64,000 nucleotides of DNA, from contig CAYFPS010000015.1 of NCBI GenBank assembly GCA_964345075.1, positions 561 through 64,560 on the forward strand, written 5' to 3'. Made by a program: the position numbers and the translations under genes. Positions within the stretch are counted from its first letter, which is position 1; each line of letters opens with the position of its first letter. Source of the stretch: an uncultured Bacteroidaceae bacterium. Lineage in GTDB: Bacteria; CAIWAD01. Shown piece by piece: positions 56,265 through 64,000 of the stretch. Under the pieces are notes generated by a model. The model ran no database searches and was not told the DNA's origin. It saw only the letters and a program-made list of their open reading frames with translations.

Positions 56265-56579
56265 TCAACTGAAGAGGCAGGCAGGCGGGCCGCGACCAAC
56301 TGGCAGGCGGTATTCGCATGAAAGAAAAGCCTCAAGCCGGTAGGGAACTGGCTCGGGCTGAAGGGCTAACCATTCCGTGGCGGGAAGTGCAGGCGGTGCA
56401 TCTCCGTGAGCCAGCTGAAAGATGTCTACCGGGCAGGGGTCGTGTGCCGCTTCAAGCTGAGCGCCCGCATGCCCGCAACAGTCCATCCCATGATTGTGAT
56501 GGAGATCGGGACTGGCTGCCAGCATCAGATAAACCAACAGCACGAGGGAATGCATCAGACGAAGAGGCTTTCTGAACAT
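56265..56579 (-). CDS. Small His/Cys-rich protein, DUF2946-like
   Basis: LHHNHGMDCCGH, HDPCPV and C-terminal GRGPP, the pattern typical of small proteins upstream of metal TonB receptors. Confidence 0.6.
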   Translation of the reverse strand: MFRKPLRLMHSLVLLVYLMLAASPDLHHNHGMDCCGHAGAQLEAAHDPCPVDIFQLAHGDAPPALPATEWLALQPEPVPYRLEAFLSCEYRLPVGRGPPACLFS

Positions 56580-56589
56580 GAGCTTCTTA

Positions 56590-56605
56590 TGATAATTCGT
56601 TATCA
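56590..56605. promoter_or_regulatory. Fur-family-like palindrome TGATAA-TTCG-TTATCA
   Basis: Perfect 6-4-6 inverted repeat, 10 bp upstream of the DUF2946-like ATG and overlapping the antiporter stop. It is 1 bp longer than the classical 7-1-7 Fur box. Confidence 0.4.
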
Positions 56606-57685
56606 GGAGCGATAATATAGAAAAATGCAGTAGGCGAAGTAAGCAGCCAGAAAGGCAATCGATTCAAGCCGCTCGATTCTAAATCGGCTCGCACTGAAGC
56701 TGAAACCTTTGCGGTCTTCATTCAGGAACATGAAGAAGAATAGCAGGCCCGAACTTGCAATCACGAGCCCCAGGTCAACATTCAGCTGACCGTCATAAGC
56801 GAGGGGCGTCATCACCGATGTCAGACCAAGCACCAGGAAGATGTTGGCGATGTTGGAACCCAGCACATTACCCACGGCAATGCCCGGTTTGCCCTTACGC
56901 GCGGCAACCACGCTGGCTACCAGCTCCGGCAGGCTTGTTCCACCCGCCAGCAGAAGCAGGCCAATCAGTTTCTGACTGACGCCAGCCAGCTCAGCCAGTC
57001 GCACGCCGCCTTCAACCGTCATTTGCCCACCGGCAGCCAGCGCGCAAATACCCAGCAGCAGAAAGAGCGAGGCTTTGCCAGCACTTATCTCCTCGCCATT
57101 GTCCTCGCCGTAATCTTCCGGGTTGCCCTTGGCCACGGTTATCACATAGGCCGTGAAAATCAAAAAGAAGCTGAACAGAATCAGTCCGTCGTTGCGGCTG
57201 ACAACACCGACCACATGTTCGTTCCAGCCAGCGGGCAGGTTAATGCCAGCAAGCCCCTGGTCGATGGCTATCCGTGCGGCGCTCCAGACGCGGTCGGCAA
57301 ACCAGGCATCGTTGGCCAGAAAAAGCAGGGCAAGGCCGGCAAGCAGCGAAAAGGGAATCTCGCGCAGAACCGTGTTACGTGTAAAAGGCAAGCCGCCCTT
57401 TGCCACGAGCCCGGTCGCGCCCAGCACCAGCAGCGTGTTCATGATGTTGGAACCGATCACATTGCCCAGAACCAGCTCGCCCGCCTGACGCAAACCAGCG
57501 CTGATCGAAACGACCATTTCCGGCATGCTGGTTCCAAGGGAAACAATGGTCAGGCCGATGACAAGCTCACTGACCTTGAAAAGACGGGCCAGCGCGCTGC
57601 CGCCCTCAACGAGCCAGTCAGCACCCTTGACCAGAAGGAAAAATCCCAACAAGATGAGGCCGATGGCCAGAATCAGTTCAAGCAT
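56603..57685 (-). CDS. Calcium/sodium antiporter (CaCA family, YrbG-like)
   Basis: Alpha repeats GLTIVSLGTSMPE...GNVIGSNI and GTSLPE...GNVLGSNI. Confidence 0.92.
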   Translation of the reverse strand: MLELILAIGLILLGFFLLVKGADWLVEGGSALARLFKVSELVIGLTIVSLGTSMPEMVVSISAGLRQAGELVLGNVIGSNIMNTLLVLGATGLVAKGGLPFTRNTVLREIPFSLLAGLALLFLANDAWFADRVWSAARIAIDQGLAGINLPAGWNEHVVGVVSRNDGLILFSFFLIFTAYVITVAKGNPEDYGEDNGEEISAGKASLFLLLGICALAAGGQMTVEGGVRLAELAGVSQKLIGLLLLAGGTSLPELVASVVAARKGKPGIAVGNVLGSNIANIFLVLGLTSVMTPLAYDGQLNVDLGLVIASSGLLFFFMFLNEDRKGFSFSASRFRIERLESIAFLAAYFAYCIFLYYRS

Positions 57686-57719
57686 GGCTCAAGGTAGGAA
57701 AGAAAGGGGCAAGCCCGTA

Positions 57720-60632
57720 TCAGAGCCAGTAGAATGTCGCTTCAACCCGCCGAAGGGGCTCCGGATCGCCCTCCTGCCCAAGCGCATCACGCAGCTGGCG
57801 AACAAGTCGAATGAAGTGATGCTCGTGCCAGGCCCGCAATTCATCCAGCCACTTGGCGCGAAGGCTGGGATCCAGCGCTTGCGAGTGATCAACCACCCAC
57901 TGGATCGCCTCGTTTCGCCGTTCTGTGAAATCGACCTGGCTCTCATCGGTAAAATTGTTTTTTGAATAGCCATCCAGCGCATCCAGATCGACGACCAGAC
58001 TTAGATTAGGGGAAATCAGGTAGCCCCCGCTCGCACGCTCAATCGCATCGGGCAGACCAAGCTCTGTAAAAAGTCGCTTGGCATTGGACATGTACACATA
58101 GAAGCTATTGAGCACCTTGCCCGGGTCGCACGTTTCGTGCCAGATTCTGGCGACAAGATCCTCCGCCTGCCATGCCCGGCCTGGATGGCGCCAGCGTTCC
58201 ACCAGAAGAAAGCAGACCAGTTCACGCAGAATCCCCCGACCAAGACGCTTGCCGGTAATGGTTTCGCCCCTTGCGACAATTTTCAGGCGACCAACGAGCG
58301 AAAGCTCCAGGTCATGTCCTGACTGGACCAGGACCGGACGATCATCGGTGGCACCTCCACCAGCCAGCTGGTGAAGGAGACGGTCCACACCAGGACCTCG
58401 CAAGTCAAGCCCAAAATGGTTCACGGAAAGGCCTTCGGCACCAATGCTCTTCAGTGCCTCTTCCAATCGGGCCCTTTTATGTCCAGGCAGGCCGTCACGA
58501 CTCCTGCCCGAAATGAGGCCTTCAAGACGAAGCCGCGGAAACTGCCTGTGCATTTGTCGAATCCAGCCGGGGTATCCATGCTCAAGGGCAATAATTACTG
58601 CATCCAGGACCAGATGGCGAACGCCAATGCGATCCTCCAGCGCTCTGGCCTTACGTGCCGCGTGGCAGACAAGCACCATTGGGCCGGCAAGTGGATCTTC
58701 CAACAGAAGCTGACGTGCTGCAGTCTTCAGATTAGCCCAGGAATCATCGCCCGCCTCGACCAATTCCAGCAGAAAAGCGAGGAAAAGCGCGCGCAGGCAT
58801 ACGGGGAGCCGGTGAATGCCATCAAGAATCTCTTTCAGCTCATCCTGTCTGGGCAAACGGCCACAGCTACGAAACTCCACCAGAGCTTCCAGCAGGCGAA
58901 GGCAGGGGCAACGTCCATTCCGACCATGAATCCAGTTGTGTTCGAGCAGCAGTTTTCGCTGTTCCCCATGCATGCTGACGCTTTCCGTAGAGCGCGCCTC
59001 CAACAGCATGAAGCGGGCAATCAGCAGCTCCTTTTCAATGGCTTGAAGCGCTTTGTGCTGAAAGGCCGGAACTTCGAGCCAATGCGCGCCCTGCTCCCAT
59101 TCCCCAACAGCAAAGAGCAAGAGGGCCACCTCCACGCGGAACCAGGCCGTCAGCTGATCCAGAGGTCGTGCGTCCAGCACAACCAGCAATTCGCGCAGCA
59201 AATCTCCCACCGGGCAGGCCCGGGTACTGACAACGCAGGCTTGCAGATAGTAGACCAGCTCCACCAGAAAGCTTGTGATGGTGCCATTGCCAAGTGCCGC
59301 CTTCAGTCTATCGCCCAGATGGCCGGTGCTTTGATGTGATGGATCTGCCAGCATCGCAAGACAGGCATCGAGAACCACATCATCTGCAAAGTGCTGCGGA
59401 AGCATCGATGCAAGCTGAAGGTGCCCCGCGTCCTGCGCTTCAAGTTGCATGGCCCTGAGGCAGGCTTTCAGCAATGTTGCCTGTTGACCGGACGGAAGCC
59501 CCTTCAGCGCTGGCATGGCTGCAATGAGCAGTTTGAGCAATTCGCGGCGGTCCAGCGGAAGATCCAGTTCCAGAAAGTCCAGCACCAGGTGCGAAATCGC
59601 GTCCTTGCTTTCCGCAAGCCAGGCGCGGCCGCCAATCCGCTCCAGAAAAGCCGCAACGGGGGCTGGATCCACACGCAGGAGTCGCTCCAAAGCATAGTCG
59701 TGAAATAGACGCCGCCTGGCTGCGTCGTCCAGCAGGCCTTCGTAACGCTGCCACCACTCGACAAACCGACCGAGTTCATCGGCGGCAAGCAGCGCGGGAA
59801 GCAACTGTGGAATCAGCTTCGGAAGGCTTTTTCTCTTCGCTTCGTCTTCTGCCAGTCGGTCGATGAATTGCAAGCAGGCCCTGGCACTATCCGGGCAAAA
59901 GGGAATGCTGGGCAAGGCTGTCAGCAGTGTGGCAAGCAGGCCCTCATCGCAGTCGGCGCACAAAAGCAGGCGGGGCGCCAGATTACAGGCATCCTGATCC
60001 GCATTTCCAAGCCAGCGCACAACCCTGTCGCGCAGAACATTCTCGGTCGCCTCGCGATCAGGCAGGAGAGGCGAGGCAAGCAGGCCGCCTGCACTCAAGG
60101 GCGAGAGCGTGCCGCCCTTCACCAGCTTTTCGAGCAGCGCCGCCAGGCGATGCTGCTCCAGCCAGAAAATGCCTTTCTGATGAAGCAATGGGGATGCAAG
60201 CTTGATTCGACCATCCCTGATGGTGATCAGCCCGGATTTGCCCAGCCGCTTGAGCGACTCGTCAAGCTCTGACGGATCAACCCCGACGGCCCGCAACTCG
60301 GTGACTGTCAGCCCGGCAACGGCAAGGCAGAGCAGCCCAAGCAGCTCAGCATCAAGGGGATCCGACTTCAGTGCCTTGCGGAGTGTCTTTAGCTTGATTT
60401 CAGGCAGGCTGACCAAGGATTTGTCCTTCGTCAAAGCATGCTTGAAAAGGGCGGCGGCAATCTCCCCGTCGCCCCCGGACAGACGCTGCACGCGCATCAG
60501 CAGGGCATTGTCCTTGCGCGGATTCCAAGGGAGTCCAAAGGCAAGAAAGCAGGCCTGAGCAATGCCCAACAAGGCTTCTGGCCCGGCAGCAGTCGAGGCT
60601 GAATACGGGGGGACGGAAGAAGACATGTTCAA
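57720..60632 (-). CDS. 970-aa helical protein with C-terminal SARP/OmpR-type wHTH and BTAD-like tail
   Basis: C-terminus LSLVGRLKI...LRELVCFLL...DLVARIW...NSFYVYMSNAKRL...GYLI...VDL. An N-terminal winged-helix-like segment; no P-loop seen. Confidence 0.6.
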   Translation of the reverse strand: MNMSSSVPPYSASTAAGPEALLGIAQACFLAFGLPWNPRKDNALLMRVQRLSGGDGEIAAALFKHALTKDKSLVSLPEIKLKTLRKALKSDPLDAELLGLLCLAVAGLTVTELRAVGVDPSELDESLKRLGKSGLITIRDGRIKLASPLLHQKGIFWLEQHRLAALLEKLVKGGTLSPLSAGGLLASPLLPDREATENVLRDRVVRWLGNADQDACNLAPRLLLCADCDEGLLATLLTALPSIPFCPDSARACLQFIDRLAEDEAKRKSLPKLIPQLLPALLAADELGRFVEWWQRYEGLLDDAARRRLFHDYALERLLRVDPAPVAAFLERIGGRAWLAESKDAISHLVLDFLELDLPLDRRELLKLLIAAMPALKGLPSGQQATLLKACLRAMQLEAQDAGHLQLASMLPQHFADDVVLDACLAMLADPSHQSTGHLGDRLKAALGNGTITSFLVELVYYLQACVVSTRACPVGDLLRELLVVLDARPLDQLTAWFRVEVALLLFAVGEWEQGAHWLEVPAFQHKALQAIEKELLIARFMLLEARSTESVSMHGEQRKLLLEHNWIHGRNGRCPCLRLLEALVEFRSCGRLPRQDELKEILDGIHRLPVCLRALFLAFLLELVEAGDDSWANLKTAARQLLLEDPLAGPMVLVCHAARKARALEDRIGVRHLVLDAVIIALEHGYPGWIRQMHRQFPRLRLEGLISGRSRDGLPGHKRARLEEALKSIGAEGLSVNHFGLDLRGPGVDRLLHQLAGGGATDDRPVLVQSGHDLELSLVGRLKIVARGETITGKRLGRGILRELVCFLLVERWRHPGRAWQAEDLVARIWHETCDPGKVLNSFYVYMSNAKRLFTELGLPDAIERASGGYLISPNLSLVVDLDALDGYSKNNFTDESQVDFTERRNEAIQWVVDHSQALDPSLRAKWLDELRAWHEHHFIRLVRQLRDALGQEGDPEPLRRVEATFYWL

Positions 60633-61093
60633 AGGCCGCCTTCAAAGCGATCACAAAAGACCTTGTCACCGGATAACTGTCTGATTGAACCGATGGTATT
60701 CAAACAGCGGCGCCGCAGTTCCGCCACTTCGAGCACGGATTTCATGAAGGAGGACTCAACACCCAGCTGCTCGCCCAGCCCGGAAAGAAAGCGCAGATGT
60801 TTTTCATCCAGATCCGGATCCGCAAAGCAAAGCTCGGTCGCCAGAAAGAAGCTGCTGTTTGCGCCTTTTCGGCGCAGACTGACAATCGCCTTCCCTCTGG
60901 CTGCTTCGTCATCTGAATCCAGATGCCCCCTTGCCTGATTAATCAACTTCCGATCTTCCTCGATGCTGTTACCGGTAAAAATCGGGCTGACCATCATCAG
61001 GTGTTCAATCAGTTCCTGACTGCGATCATGGCGTCCAAGACCGCGCTCAAGCGTGTCCAGCAGCAGGATGACAGTAGCCAGCTGGTTCCGCAT
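60629..61093 (-). CDS. TerB-like helical protein (tentative)
   Basis: About 154 aa from ATG 61093. LCFADPDLDEKHLRFLSGLGEQLGV resembles the TerB-family C-terminal motif. ATGA overlap with the downstream gene. Confidence 0.4.
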   Translation of the reverse strand: MRNQLATVILLLDTLERGLGRHDRSQELIEHLMMVSPIFTGNSIEEDRKLINQARGHLDSDDEAARGKAIVSLRRKGANSSFFLATELCFADPDLDEKHLRFLSGLGEQLGVESSFMKSVLEVAELRRRCLNTIGSIRQLSGDKVFCDRFEGGL

Positions 61094-61124
61094 GCCGGCT
61101 GATTTGCCGTTGGATGAGTTTGCG

Positions 61125-61613
61125 TTAGCTACCATCAATAACCCCCAACAAATATATGGCGGGCATTCCTTGAAACAGGTTGAAGCCGCCATAGCGAATG
61201 GCATCACGATTAAAGCGGTGCAGCTGGTTAAGTGCCTGCTTAAGAATAGGATCCACCTCTTGCAGAAGGGCAAGCTCTCTGGCTACGCGGGCCAGAATTC
61301 GACATTCATCTTCGTTGAAGGCCCAGCCGACTGGCTGATTCAGCTTGAAGGCTGCAATATGTTTGCGGTTTCTGGAACGAATTGAGAGTAAGGGAGCCAG
61401 TTTGCGGCTGTCAGGCAGGGAGGCGCGTCCAAGTGAAGTCCTTGGTCTGGCCTGCTCGTCATCCAGTAGTTCCTGTTCACGCAAATATTTCTTGAGGAAT
61501 TCAAACAAGCAGGTACTGATTTGAAGCCAAACATGATTCTGCTTCATGACCGCCACATATGCCATAAAGGCCACCCCTAAACCCAATTGCAACACGAACA
61601 GAACAAGGAACAA
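61125..61613 (-). CDS. Hypothetical protein with N-terminal TM helix
   Basis: 162-codon ORF co-directional with its neighbours; hydrophobic first 23 residues; start uncertain. Confidence 0.4.
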   Translation of the reverse strand: MFLVLFVLQLGLGVAFMAYVAVMKQNHVWLQISTCLFEFLKKYLREQELLDDEQARPRTSLGRASLPDSRKLAPLLSIRSRNRKHIAAFKLNQPVGWAFNEDECRILARVARELALLQEVDPILKQALNQLHRFNRDAIRYGGFNLFQGMPAIYLLGVIDGS

Positions 61614-61785
61614 TGCAAACCTTAACAGACCGACGGCCAGTCAGGTGATTGTTCAAGAAAAATGACCACTCAGGGCAAATTGACCTGAAGGCCACGGAAA
61701 TCGTCTTTGTGCAAATGGATGTCTTGTGGTGATATCTAATACGGTTGCGCTAAATCACGCGCTTGAAACGAACATAATCCAGACA

Positions 61786-64000
61786 TCAATCAGGATAAAA
61801 GCCCAGTTCCAGCTTTGCAAGAACTTTTTTGGCATCAGGCGAATTGCATTGTTCAGACAGCCGCTCATGGAGCTCGAACCAGCGCTGCTCGTGCCAGGCC
61901 CTGAGCTCATCCAGCCAGCTGACGCTAAGCGATGGATCAATCGCGTGGGCAGAATTGGCAAGGACTGCCAGAAGACCTGCTTCGTCGCTGATCGGTCCCC
62001 TTTGACGGTACTCGCGAATGCCCTCATCAAATTCCTGAAGATCCAGCTCAACCGGGCAATCCACATGGATACGGTAGCCCTCACTGTCATGCTCAAGGCA
62101 ACCGGGAAAGCCCGTGGACTTAAGGAGTGCGCGCACGTGTGATACATAGACATAGAAACTGTTGAGAAGCTCCTCGCGATCGCGCCCCTTGACGCGCCAG
62201 ACCTTTTCGATCAGATCAAGCGGTGCCCAGGCCCTTCCGGGATGCCGCCAGCGCTCGACCACCAGAAAAGCAAAAAGCTCACGGAAAATGCCGTTACCAA
62301 GACGACTGGTTGCGAGCTCTTTCCCCGCAGCAATCAAACGCAGCGGTCCGATCAACTTGACTTGGAGGCCAATAGATTCTTTCTGCCAATTTGCTGGATC
62401 GGGCAAGTCTGGAAGAGTATGCTCAAGGCGTATCACGGCCTGCTCCAGACCGTTCATTTCATCAAGATCAGCCTTGTGGCGCCAGCGGGGAAGTTCCCGC
62501 TTGATGCGATCAAGTTGCTGCGCAAGAAGCTCGCGCGGGTTATCGTGTGACAAATTAATACCAAAGGCTCTCAGGCGAGGGCCTGGAGAACATTGTGATT
62601 CAAGCAGCGAAAGCCACAGTCCTCTTGCTCTGTGCGACATACGATCACGACTTGTATCACCGGCAAGCCCATCAAGCCTGACTTTCGGATAGAGTCGCTC
62701 AAGCTCGTGCATCCAGCCGCGCGACTGGCGAAGCCACGCAGCCAGCAAGGCCTCAAAGAGTCTTGCGCGATGCAGTATACGGTCATTGTCGAGCTTGGCC
62801 AGACGCGCCAATTGCAGGCGAAAGAGAATCTCGTCGTGGCCTGTATCACGCTGCATGCGCTCTTGGAGGCTTTGGCTGATTGAATGCCACACCCCACTCT
62901 GTCCGCTTGCCTTTTCAGCAAGGCAAGCACATTCCGCCAGCTGCGCAATGGCCTGTGCTCGCGGATTGATGTTGTGCTCTTCCAGATTACTGATCATGTG
63001 AGACAGCTCGTCCGCCGCCGGCCCTGGCTTTCCGGCACGCAGCTGGTTAACCCAGAGCGCGGCCTTGAGCTCTGCCGCGCGCTGACCGTCAGGCGGAGAA
63101 ATCTTCAGCTGCGACTCGGCGAGCTCCTCAAGACGCCTGAAGCTCTTTGCAGGCAAGCGACCGCCCATTGCCTTGCGATCCAGCACTTGAATCTCGGCGT
63201 ACTCGTGCGATGGCCGAATCTGGGGAAGCTTTTCCAGAACAGGTTCCAGACCTGCAAGCCAGCGCTCGGCGCTCTGCCAGTCACCATCGGCGAGAAATGG
63301 AGCTGTGGCGTTTATCCGGAAGGCCGCAGTCAGAAACTCAAGGGGCGCGTGAAGAACGAGAGCCTCCACCTCGCGTAGAATTTCACAGGCTTGTGATACA
63401 CGACCCTGCTTGAAATGGCTGGTGGCAGCGGCGTCAAGATCCGGCAAGGCCATGCGCAGGTTGCCGCGGGACAGATTCCAGTTGGCCGCTGCCAGCAGGT
63501 CCTCTATGCAATCACCCGATCGGCCGAAGTGCATTTTTCTCCTTGCGACACGCGCCCGACCGAAGATCTCCGGCTCGAAGCGGGCAACTTCCCGCGCACT
63601 CTGGATGGCAGGCTCCTGCCAGCGCTCCAGGGCCAGTCCGTCACGCGCCCGGCCTGCCGAATCCACGATGATGGTCACCAGACGGTCGTGGTTCCAAGGG
63701 TCAAGCTGCTGCCCCTGCTGCTGGTAGAAATCCTCCAGCACAGTCAGCCAGCCTGCGGGATCACCAACGATGTCGTGTGACAGAAATAGTTCCAGAAGCC
63801 TGATCTGCGCAAAGCGATTTTCACGAAACGAATCGTCCGCGGGAAAGGCCGCGCGCAGTGCATCTGCATCTACAAATCCGCGAATCGTCTTCTGGTCATT
63901 CTTTAGCAGACGATTCATCGCAAAGTCGATCTTTGCCGTGGCAAGCAGGTGCGGCTCACACTCTACCTCGAGTCGCTTAAGCCACGAACCGATCTGATTG
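61786..64000 (-). CDS. Large helical/TPR-like protein with C-terminal SARP-type wHTH; paralogue of 57720-60632; 5'-truncated by the window
   Basis: The frame is open from base 63999 to the track start at 63918. C-terminus VKLIGPLRL...FRELFAFLVVERWRHPGRAW...LNSFYVYVSHVRALL...WLDELRAWHE. Confidence 0.65.
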   Translation of the reverse strand, partial: NQIGSWLKRLEVECEPHLLATAKIDFAMNRLLKNDQKTIRGFVDADALRAAFPADDSFRENRFAQIRLLELFLSHDIVGDPAGWLTVLEDFYQQQGQQLDPWNHDRLVTIIVDSAGRARDGLALERWQEPAIQSAREVARFEPEIFGRARVARRKMHFGRSGDCIEDLLAAANWNLSRGNLRMALPDLDAAATSHFKQGRVSQACEILREVEALVLHAPLEFLTAAFRINATAPFLADGDWQSAERWLAGLEPVLEKLPQIRPSHEYAEIQVLDRKAMGGRLPAKSFRRLEELAESQLKISPPDGQRAAELKAALWVNQLRAGKPGPAADELSHMISNLEEHNINPRAQAIAQLAECACLAEKASGQSGVWHSISQSLQERMQRDTGHDEILFRLQLARLAKLDNDRILHRARLFEALLAAWLRQSRGWMHELERLYPKVRLDGLAGDTSRDRMSHRARGLWLSLLESQCSPGPRLRAFGINLSHDNPRELLAQQLDRIKRELPRWRHKADLDEMNGLEQAVIRLEHTLPDLPDPANWQKESIGLQVKLIGPLRLIAAGKELATSRLGNGIFRELFAFLVVERWRHPGRAWAPLDLIEKVWRVKGRDREELLNSFYVYVSHVRALLKSTGFPGCLEHDSEGYRIHVDCPVELDLQEFDEGIREYRQRGPISDEAGLLAVLANSAHAIDPSLSVSWLDELRAWHEQRWFELHERLSEQCNSPDAKKVLAKLELGFYPD

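Noticed and set aside
56199-62138. 5.9 kb stretch without GTATCAC/GTGATAC as evidence of foreign DNA
   Set aside because: It is the longest of about 70 gaps. A rough Poisson estimate gives about a 10% chance of one this long, so it is not significant alone.

Overview
A 64 kb bacterial chromosome segment, roughly 57% GC by eye, with secA and secreted-protein architectures that suggest the FCB group (inference). From left to right it holds: a type I-G (old I-U) CRISPR-Cas operon on the minus strand (cas3-csx17/cas8g-csb1/cas7-csb2-cas4/cas1, with the cas4/cas1 fusion missed by the ORF track and running off the left edge; no CRISPR array in the window); small metabolic and membrane genes; three tandem paralogous secreted S8 subtilases, two with broken catalytic triads; a solute-binding protein plus PAS histidine kinase; rocD, secA and tRNA-Thr(CGT); MscS and a patatin; an octaheme HAO-like cytochrome plus a NapC/NirT-type partner; two lipoprotein/TonB-receptor units; an NYN-cold-shock fusion; DinB; a CapA-like secreted phosphoesterase; PTS genes; a prenyl synthase; mpl; a GH13 amylase; an ECF sigma/anti-sigma pair; a Ca/Na antiporter; and two large paralogues ending in a SARP-type wHTH. 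The strongest unexplained signal is not a gene. The heptamer GTATCAC/GTGATAC (usually TGTATCAC) occurs about 72 times by manual count, on both strands and mostly inside coding sequence, against about 6 expected. That density resembles DNA-uptake sequences or HIP1. Other notable signals are 12-bp-periodic GTC(C/G)GAC arrays at two loci, back-to-back ECF promoters with identical -35/-10 boxes, and two in-frame TAG codons sharing the context TAGCTG. At least five single-base frameshifts, mostly in short homopolymers, suggest long-read consensus errors, so interrupted genes should not be assumed to be pseudogenes.
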